Part shown: positions 38,518-45,060 of the stretch, piece by piece
Numbering within the stretch: position 1 is the first letter of the stretch
How the letters are laid out: each line of letters begins with the position of its first letter
NCBI GenBank assembly: GCA_030591685.1
Contig: JAUVAX010000017.1
Span: forward strand, 1-45,060
DNA: 45,060 nucleotides
Direction of reading: 5' to 3'
From: Pseudobdellovibrionaceae bacterium
GTDB taxonomy: Bacteria > Bdellovibrionota > Bdellovibrionia > Bdellovibrionales > UBA1609
The notes under the pieces: model-generated
What the model was told of the DNA's origin: nothing
What the model saw: only the letters and a program-made list of their open reading frames with translations
Database searches by the model: none
Made by a program: the position numbers and the translations under genes

Positions 38518-39726
38518 GTGTCAGTACTTATGTCCAAAGAGAGTTTTTGTTTAAAATCAGCCGGTCTTGTTTACCTCGATCATAATGCGACCACACCTCT
38601 TGCTACGAGTGTTTATACTCAGATCAGTGACTGGTCACGTGAGTGGGGCAACTCAAGCTCTATACATCAATTAGGCCGTGGCCCTAAGGCTTTAATTCGT
38701 AATGCGCGTACTAATCTTGCTAGCTTTATTGGCGCAAGCCCCCTGGAGATCGTTTTTACAAGCAGCGGGAGTGAAGCCAATAACTTAGCCATTAAAGGAG
38801 TGTATGAGAATTTATTAAAAAATAAATCTTTAAGCTCACGGAACCAATTTATTTTAAGCTCTGTTGAGCACCCGAGTGTTCAAAAGGCAATGGAGTTTTT
38901 AAAATCAAAAGGGGCGCAAGTTGATATAGTCAATGTGCTGCCTACAGGTGAGTTAGACATAGAGCACTTTGAAAGCCTATTGAGTGATAACACAGCTCTT
39001 GTTTCAATTATGTTTGCCAATAACGAGACGGGTGTTGTCTTTCCGGTAAAAAAACTCTGTAAAAAAACCCATGAGGTGGGTGCTTTGTTTCACTGCGATG
39101 CTGTGCAGGGTTTAGGTAAGTTGCCGTTAAACGTTAAACACTTGGGTGTAGATTATGCGAGCTTTTCTGGGCATAAGTTTTACGCCTTAAAGGGCTGTGG
39201 GGTTTTATATATTAAAACAGGGTGTGAAGTTCAAAGTCTAATTAGTGGTGGGGGTCAAGAACGCTCTCGTCGTGCCGGGACTGAAAACACTCTGGCCATA
39301 GCGGCCCTTGGGCACATGGCTTTAAAGTACAACTGTGTTTTAGAGCAAGCGGAGCGTTTAACTGTATTAAGGGACCATTTACAAACTGAAATTAGTAAAG
39401 AGATAGGGTCTATTGAAATTATATCTTTTAGAACAAAGCGCATCCCTAACACAATAAGCATGATGATTTTAGGTGTGAATGCTCAAAGTGTAATTATGAA
39501 TTTAGACATGCAAGGGTTTTTAGTGAGCACCGGCTCTGCGTGTAGCTCTGGTAGCTCAGAGCCTAGTCCTGTGCTACTAGCCATGGGGTTCACAACAGAA
39601 CAAGCCCTCTCTACAATACGTGTAAGTATTGGCTGGGGGACAACTAAAGAAGAGTTAGAGATGTTTGTAATGACTTTAAAGAACGTGGTGACTCGCCTTA
39701 GAGCCCTCAATACGGAGTCAAAATGA
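38518..39726 (+). CDS. iscS: Cysteine desulfurase (IscS/NifS family)
   Basis: [46 protein letters not shown]. Confidence 0.92.
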   Translation: MSVLMSKESFCLKSAGLVYLDHNATTPLATSVYTQISDWSREWGNSSSIHQLGRGPKALIRNARTNLASFIGASPLEIVFTSSGSEANNLAIKGVYENLLKNKSLSSRNQFILSSVEHPSVQKAMEFLKSKGAQVDIVNVLPTGELDIEHFESLLSDNTALVSIMFANNETGVVFPVKKLCKKTHEVGALFHCDAVQGLGKLPLNVKHLGVDYASFSGHKFYALKGCGVLYIKTGCEVQSLISGGGQERSRRAGTENTLAIAALGHMALKYNCVLEQAERLTVLRDHLQTEISKEIGSIEIISFRTKRIPNTISMMILGVNAQSVIMNLDMQGFLVSTGSACSSGSSEPSPVLLAMGFTTEQALSTIRVSIGWGTTKEELEMFVMTLKNVVTRLRALNTESK

Positions 39727-40811
39727 AGCCCAGTAAAAAAAGAGTACTAATGGCCATGAGTGGGGGCGTTGATAGTTCTGCCGCCGCCGCATTATTAGTT
39801 GAGCAAGGCTATGATGTGATTGGTGTAATTATGCAGGTTTGGGATTACACAAAAAATACTTGTGAAATAGACGCTGGCAATGGCAGTTGTTGTTCAAGTA
39901 TTGATGTAGATGATGCAAGGGCTGTTGCCGATGTCCTAGGGATCCCTTTTTATGTAATTAATTGTGAAGCCGAATTTAAAGCCGCTGTAATTGATGACTT
40001 TGTAGACTCTTATCTTGAGGGGCGAACGCCCATACCTTGTGTAAACTGTAATACGTTTTTAAAGTTTGACCATTTATATAAAAAAATGAAAGAGCTCAAT
40101 TGTGACTACTTAGCTACAGGCCATTATGCACGCATTGAAACCAGCGCCACAGGTAAGCCAGCAATTGTTACAAGTACAGATGATTGGAAAGATCAAACCT
40201 ATTTTTTATTTACCCTAAAGCCAGAGATTATCCCAAAGCTAATGTTCCCTGTTGGAACCTGGAAAAAGCCACAGCTACGTGAATATGCTAAAGCTAAAAA
40301 TTTACCCGTGTTTAATAAAAAAGACTCTACAGGTATTTGTTTTGTCGGTAAAAATGATTACGCAGATTTTGTAGAGCAGCAAGTGAGTGAACATAAATTA
40401 AAGCCAGGTCTTTTAAAATTATATCCCGAGGGAGAGGTCTTAGGGGAGCACGCAGGTATTCATAAATTCACAAGGGGCCAACGAAAGGGCCTAGGGGTGT
40501 CTTATAAAACCCCACTATATGTAATAAAAGTAGAAGCCGAATCAGGGGATGTTTGGCTCGGTGATGAAAAATATCTTTATAGTAATAAGGCTTGGATTAA
40601 TAATATGAGCCTACTTGATGAGCTTATTGATGGAGAGACTTTAAGAGTAAAGGTACGGTTTGCACATTACGGAGCCGAGGCTCAAGTAAAAGAAACAAAA
40701 AATGACAGCATATTGATTGAATTTTCAGAGCCTCAAAGAGCTATAACTCCAGGTCAAGCCGCCGTCATGTATAGAGGGCAGCAATTATTAGGTGGCGGAT
40801 GGATCATTTAA
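39723..40811 (+). CDS. mnmA: tRNA-specific 2-thiouridylase
   Basis: [48 protein letters not shown]. Confidence 0.97.
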   Translation: MKPSKKRVLMAMSGGVDSSAAAALLVEQGYDVIGVIMQVWDYTKNTCEIDAGNGSCCSSIDVDDARAVADVLGIPFYVINCEAEFKAAVIDDFVDSYLEGRTPIPCVNCNTFLKFDHLYKKMKELNCDYLATGHYARIETSATGKPAIVTSTDDWKDQTYFLFTLKPEIIPKLMFPVGTWKKPQLREYAKAKNLPVFNKKDSTGICFVGKNDYADFVEQQVSEHKLKPGLLKLYPEGEVLGEHAGIHKFTRGQRKGLGVSYKTPLYVIKVEAESGDVWLGDEKYLYSNKAWINNMSLLDELIDGETLRVKVRFAHYGAEAQVKETKNDSILIEFSEPQRAITPGQAAVMYRGQQLLGGGWII

Positions 40812-42151
40812 ACTCTAAGTTCAAAGTCTCTACTTTTGGATGTAAAGTAAACTCTTACGATGCCGGGTTAATACAAAAGCAAATGCAAAGTGGTGGTTTA
40901 AAGTATGATGCCAATAGCCCAGACATACACATTGTAAATACCTGTGCTGTCACAGCCGAAGCCACAAAAGAGGCTATAAGAGCGATACGTAGAATAAAAA
41001 AAAATAATCCTCACTCAACAGTGGTGGTCACGGGTTGTTCGGCCCAGGTGGATACAGATAAATTTAGTGACCTAAAGGACGCTGATTTAGTCATTGCGAA
41101 CTCTCATAAAGGAGAGATCTCGGAGCTCATTCATCGACACCTCAAAGGTGAGCTCAAAGAAAGAATTTTTAAGTCCAATATTTTTAAAAAAGAAGATCTC
41201 GGTGCTGGCGGGGGGATAGAGGTCTCACACACAAGAAGCTTTTTAAAAATTCAAGATGGTTGTAATAGTTTTTGTACCTACTGTGTAATACCCTTTGCGC
41301 GCGGTAAAAGCCGTAGTATCCCCATTGATGAACTTGTTAAAAAAATAAATGATCTTTATTGTGATGGGGTAAGAGAGGTTGTTCTGACGGGTGTTCATAT
41401 AGGGGACTACCGTGATGAAACGTTTAAATTAAATAAGCAGGGTGTTATTGAGGACCTTATTGAGCAAGTCTTAATTCACAGTAAAATGCCTCGAATAAGG
41501 CTAACAAGTTTTGAGCCTGTAGAGATAACCCATCGACTTTTAGAGCTTTATAAGGACCCCCGTTTGTGCCCACACTTTCATATGAGTATTCAGTCAGCCC
41601 ATACAAGGGTATTACAAGACATGAAACGTAATTATACGGCAAAAGATGTGGAGTGGAGCCTTAATATTATTCAGAAGCAGGTTCCAAATGCTTTTGTAGG
41701 TATGGATGTTATTGTGGGTTTCCCTGGAGAGACTGAAGATGATTTTTTAGAAACTTACAAGCGCCTAGAGTCTTTACCATGGGCCCGTATACATGTCTTT
41801 CCCTACAGTGAGCGCCCCAATACATTTGCCGCACGTTTAAGTAACAAGTGGCCACGGTCTTTAATTATGGACAGAGCAAAAACCTTGAGAGGCCTAAGCT
41901 CAGTACGATTCGCTCAAGAGGCTCTCAAACAAGTGGGTTTAGTAAAAGAGGCTTTGGTGATAGGGTCTAAAAATTCTGAGTACACACAGTGCCTCTCTAC
42001 AGATTACTGGAATATCAGCATCCCATTGAATAGTGAACCACTCACCCCTGGGCAACTTATTCAGGTTAAAATTGAAGGGTATGAGCATTTGAGTGACTCT
42101 CGTATGGACGGCTTATTAACGGGCCGTTTACAGCAATTTATTTCGTATTAA
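40799..42151 (+). CDS. mtaB: tRNA t6A37 methylthiotransferase (radical SAM)
   Basis: [51 protein letters not shown]. Confidence 0.93.
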   Translation: MDHLNSKFKVSTFGCKVNSYDAGLIQKQMQSGGLKYDANSPDIHIVNTCAVTAEATKEAIRAIRRIKKNNPHSTVVVTGCSAQVDTDKFSDLKDADLVIANSHKGEISELIHRHLKGELKERIFKSNIFKKEDLGAGGGIEVSHTRSFLKIQDGCNSFCTYCVIPFARGKSRSIPIDELVKKINDLYCDGVREVVLTGVHIGDYRDETFKLNKQGVIEDLIEQVLIHSKMPRIRLTSFEPVEITHRLLELYKDPRLCPHFHMSIQSAHTRVLQDMKRNYTAKDVEWSLNIIQKQVPNAFVGMDVIVGFPGETEDDFLETYKRLESLPWARIHVFPYSERPNTFAARLSNKWPRSLIMDRAKTLRGLSSVRFAQEALKQVGLVKEALVIGSKNSEYTQCLSTDYWNISIPLNSEPLTPGQLIQVKIEGYEHLSDSRMDGLLTGRLQQFISY

Positions 42152-42515
42152 TAATGATATAGCTTGATTGAATAACTTGTCGATGGGCGACCCTGGCTGT
42201 TACGGTGTAGGCCCCTTGGCTTTTTATCGTGACATTAGTTAATTTCAAACAATGTCCGTTGCCGGGGTAGTACTGACCATTTTTAGTCCAACTATATATG
42301 ACGTTGTCACCAGAAACTTCAGTGCAATGCTGTTTAGGTAAAAGGCTCTCGCCAGTATTTATTGTTAGAGAGTTAGAAAGTGGGCTCACCACCGACAGGC
42401 TGATTTTTTGAGAATTAATGTGAGCGGTATCACTAGCAAAAGCACTTGATGCCATTATATTAACAAGCACAAGCCTGTTTAGAATAGAAAAATTGACCTT
42501 TAGTAAAGTACCCAT
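42138..42515 (-). CDS. Small exported immunoglobulin-like domain protein
   Basis: C..YSWTKNG..LKLTNV...QGAYTV Ig pattern; ATG 42515 after GGAGG (ORF open from 42593); signal ending SAFA. Confidence 0.65.
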   Translation of the reverse strand: MGTLLKVNFSILNRLVLVNIMASSAFASDTAHINSQKISLSVVSPLSNSLTINTGESLLPKQHCTEVSGDNVIYSWTKNGQYYPGNGHCLKLTNVTIKSQGAYTVTARVAHRQVIQSSYIIINTK

Positions 42516-43000
42516 ATAATCCTCCGCCCCGTGATTACTGTCATTCGACCTTTTAATGCTATTTAGTATTGCAAAAAAAGGGCCGAATTTCACAGGACAG
42601 TGGGGCGTATAAGTCTATGAAATTACAGGAAAAATTAAAATTTATTTATTCAATCGATTGATTCATCTGACTAAATAGTTCTGATGTGACTAGAATACTG
42701 TACTTTAGATCAGAACTTCGCCAGATGTGATTTTTATGACAGGCACTTACTGATGCAGAGCAATTTTTGAGAAAATGGAGCATCTATAGTGAGCATGGGG
42801 TCTCACTCAGTATCTGCGCTGAAATGGTTTTAACTTTTTTGTTATAAATCCAGTGACCTTTACTATACAACTTTTTATCGATTAAGGACTTGCGTAGCTT
42901 CTCTTGAACGGCAAGTGGTCTCTTTACAATTAATATAAAATGAACGACGCTTTGATTAAGTGGAGCCTTTTGTTAGATAAAAAAGATGCAAAGTGATCGG

Positions 43001-43036
43001 AAGTCGTGAGGCTTAGCCCCGCGACTTGTTTTTTTT
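43001..43036 (+). terminator. Intrinsic terminator
   Basis: AAGTCGTGAGGC-TTA-GCCCCGCGACTT followed by G and T8. Confidence 0.7.
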
Positions 43037-43143
43037 ACATTGAAGATTTTATTTATGGTTATATAAGTGCCCCTTGGGTACATTACGGCTCACAATAAAT
43101 GACATTAATGTCTTCACGTGCAAAGCTAAAGGGGAAACATAAG

Positions 43144-43770
43144 ATGAAATATTTTTTGACAGTGTTAAGTTTAAATTTGTTTTTTTTAAACCTTGTTGGT
43201 GCCGAGGCCGCTCCTATGGTTACCGTTTCCTATGATAATGAGTATACCTACAAGCTAGAGGGTAAGGATATCTTTAGGTTTTCAAAAGTTATTATCACTG
43301 GGCATATTGAGGGTGTTTTAGCTGAGGGAGAGAGTGAGAATCAATCAACCATAAAGCAATTAGACTCGTTAACCCTTAAGGTCGATAGTGTTAACAGGAT
43401 TATACAGTTACATACTAACCCTCATGTCGTCAGACTTGTTGATAAAGAGTGGCTTATAGATACACTTGTCCCAGCAACTATTGTAAAAAAAGATGGTGAG
43501 TTAAAGAGTATCCAAATTGCAAGTCAGGATTATAGTTTTGCTTATGCAGAGTCTTTAATTATCAGAGAAATTAATATAGCTAAAGGTTTAGGAGCCACAG
43601 GCCCAGGTCAAATTTTTGTGAGCCTTACGCCAGGAAGCCTAAATTGCAAGGGGGCAAATAAATTACTAACTTGCACTCAGTCGTTTTTTACGATCATTAA
43701 AAGCTTAAGTTCAATGGACACTACTGGTGGTAATGGTGAGCCTTTAAGTAGTAAAAGAGGCCCTTTCTAA
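43144..43770 (+). CDS. Secreted hypothetical protein
   Basis: MKYFLTVLSLNLFFLNLVGAEA signal peptide; AAGGGG RBS (ORF open from 43099). Confidence 0.7.
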   Translation: MKYFLTVLSLNLFFLNLVGAEAAPMVTVSYDNEYTYKLEGKDIFRFSKVIITGHIEGVLAEGESENQSTIKQLDSLTLKVDSVNRIIQLHTNPHVVRLVDKEWLIDTLVPATIVKKDGELKSIQIASQDYSFAYAESLIIREINIAKGLGATGPGQIFVSLTPGSLNCKGANKLLTCTQSFFTIIKSLSSMDTTGGNGEPLSSKRGPF

Positions 43771-44309
43771 ATTTTATCATCAATGTGTTTCAGGTAAAAT
43801 TTAAGCTCTTCGATACTTTCAAATATATCATCCACGGCGCGGTGAGTGTCTTTTTTCTGGTGTTTAACGCCGTGGAGGTTTTCAAAGATGATCTTCCATG
43901 AGGTCACGTCCAGCATACGGTAGTTGAGCTTTTCATCTAATTTAGGCCAATATTTATGAATAAACTTACGGTCCTGGCCAATGGAGTTGCCAGAGAGTAC
44001 GACGCACTTATCTACAAAATGTTCGCTGACAAAGCTACATAATTGAGTTTCAACAAGCTGGGGGGTTTTACCTGACGGTATACTGGCTGTGAGGCCTGAG
44101 TTGCCGTGGTGTTCGGTATTCCAGGTATCCATGTTGTCTATAAACTCTTGGGGCTGTTTGACTACCGAGTGGTAGGTGGGGCTGATAATATTTAGCTTTA
44201 TATCAGTAGCGAGTGCTGCCACTTCAATGATGACTTCTTTTTCAACATCTAAGCCGGTCATTTCTAAGTCGATCCATAGGAGCTTAACTTCTTGTTTCTC
44301 ATTACTCAC
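43767..44309 (-). CDS. orn: Oligoribonuclease
   Basis: WIDLEMTGLD, HGNSGL, GNSIGQDR, YRMLDVTS, HRAVDDI. Confidence 0.96.
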   Translation of the reverse strand: MSNEKQEVKLLWIDLEMTGLDVEKEVIIEVAALATDIKLNIISPTYHSVVKQPQEFIDNMDTWNTEHHGNSGLTASIPSGKTPQLVETQLCSFVSEHFVDKCVVLSGNSIGQDRKFIHKYWPKLDEKLNYRMLDVTSWKIIFENLHGVKHQKKDTHRAVDDIFESIEELKFYLKHIDDKI

Positions 44310-44327
44310 TCTAAGAGTCCTTTCATT

Positions 44328-44606
44328 TTAGAGGGGTACGACAATGACGCCCTCATTATTTTTGCCGTTTTTTTGTTTTTCGTAGTGCCAGCTGTAGCCA
44401 GCTTGCTTGAGGTATTCTAAGACTTTGGCTTTAACAACTCCTGTGCCTTTGCCAGGCATAATCCTTAAAGTGGGGGTGTTTTGCTGGACATGTTTGTAGA
44501 TGAACTTTTCTACAGCATTGTAGGAGTCATCAGCTTGCATTCCGTGTAGATCCAGAGTGGGAAGGGGTGTGTTTTTTTTGAGACCCTTGTTTTTACGAGA
44601 TTTCAT
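44328..44606 (-). CDS. Stand-alone Smr domain protein
   Basis: TLDLHG, RIMPGKGTGVV, NEGV. Confidence 0.88.
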   Translation of the reverse strand: MKSRKNKGLKKNTPLPTLDLHGMQADDSYNAVEKFIYKHVQQNTPTLRIMPGKGTGVVKAKVLEYLKQAGYSWHYEKQKNGKNNEGVIVVPL

Positions 44607-44680
44607 GTTTATTTAAGCCCTTGTCTGAATTAAGTATATTTAGTATTTTTGTAGTCATACTTTAACTTTAGGGGTCACGA

Positions 44681-45060
44681 GTGTCAAATTCTGTGAAGGT
44701 CTCAAGTGTTGAGGGTAACTCACAACGGCTTGATGGGGGGGCTATGTTTGGTAATGCCCCCAGGGTTGTGTGGGAGAGGTGGACTCCGCCTGATAGTATG
44801 GGGCGCATCCCACTAGCTTGCAGGTCTATGTTAGTGCAAATAGGAGATGTAAATATATTGTGTGAGGCCGGGGTGGGTGCTTTTTTTGAGCCCAAGCTAG
44901 CGGCTCGATTTGGAGTTCAGGACTCTAATAAACACTGTTTACTTGAAAATTTAAGTCAACGGGGGCTCAAAGCGAGTGATATCGATTTTGTTATACTTTC
45001 TCATCTTCATTTTGATCATGTGGGGGGGATACTGCCCACATACAAACAGATTCAAAACGG
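44681..45060 (+). CDS. MBL-fold metallo-hydrolase (YtnP-like), truncated by the window end and absent from the ORF track
   Basis: Manual translation from GTG 44681 (AGGGG RBS): ..GNSQRLDGGAMFGNAPRVVWE..VILSHLHFDHVGG; no stop before 45060. Confidence 0.9.
   Translation, partial: MSNSVKVSSVEGNSQRLDGGAMFGNAPRVVWERWTPPDSMGRIPLACRSMLVQIGDVNILCEAGVGAFFEPKLAARFGVQDSNKHCLLENLSQRGLKASDIDFVILSHLHFDHVGGILPTYKQIQN

Overview
AT-rich bacterial chromosomal window with no integrase, transposase, phage gene or CRISPR array visible. Gene content and style (many secreted or lipoprotein ORFs, a short PutA, the ftsH-cdaA-cdaR-glmM-nnr-tsaE block, R-x-x-[AS]-S motifs) suggest Bdellovibrionota; this is inference. 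The right half is mostly housekeeping (tilS, ftsH, cdaA/cdaR, glmM, nnr, tsaE, cysteine desulfurase-mnmA-mtaB, orn, Smr, a partial MBL hydrolase). The left half is accessory: a secreted tandem UDG-like protein, a permuted NlpC/P60-lipoprotein-PLD operon, RDD plus rhomboid, putA, an orphan OmpR-type regulator, an alpha/beta hydrolase, tRNA-Cys, TetR, M23, DUF3299 and an SLT-like lipoprotein. Best candidates for undescribed systems: (1) a TetR divergent from a GH3 acyl-amido synthetase-LysE exporter-secreted C45 amidase operon, a possible make/export/erase N-acyl-amide circuit; (2) an unannotated sigma54-driven structured RNA with repeated CCCCACC motifs at about 16771-16945; (3) the secreted duplicated UDG-fold protein; (4) the NlpC/P60-PLD lipid-remodelling operon. 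cdaA appears to need a non-canonical ATA start. All family assignments come from motif recognition by eye, not database searches.
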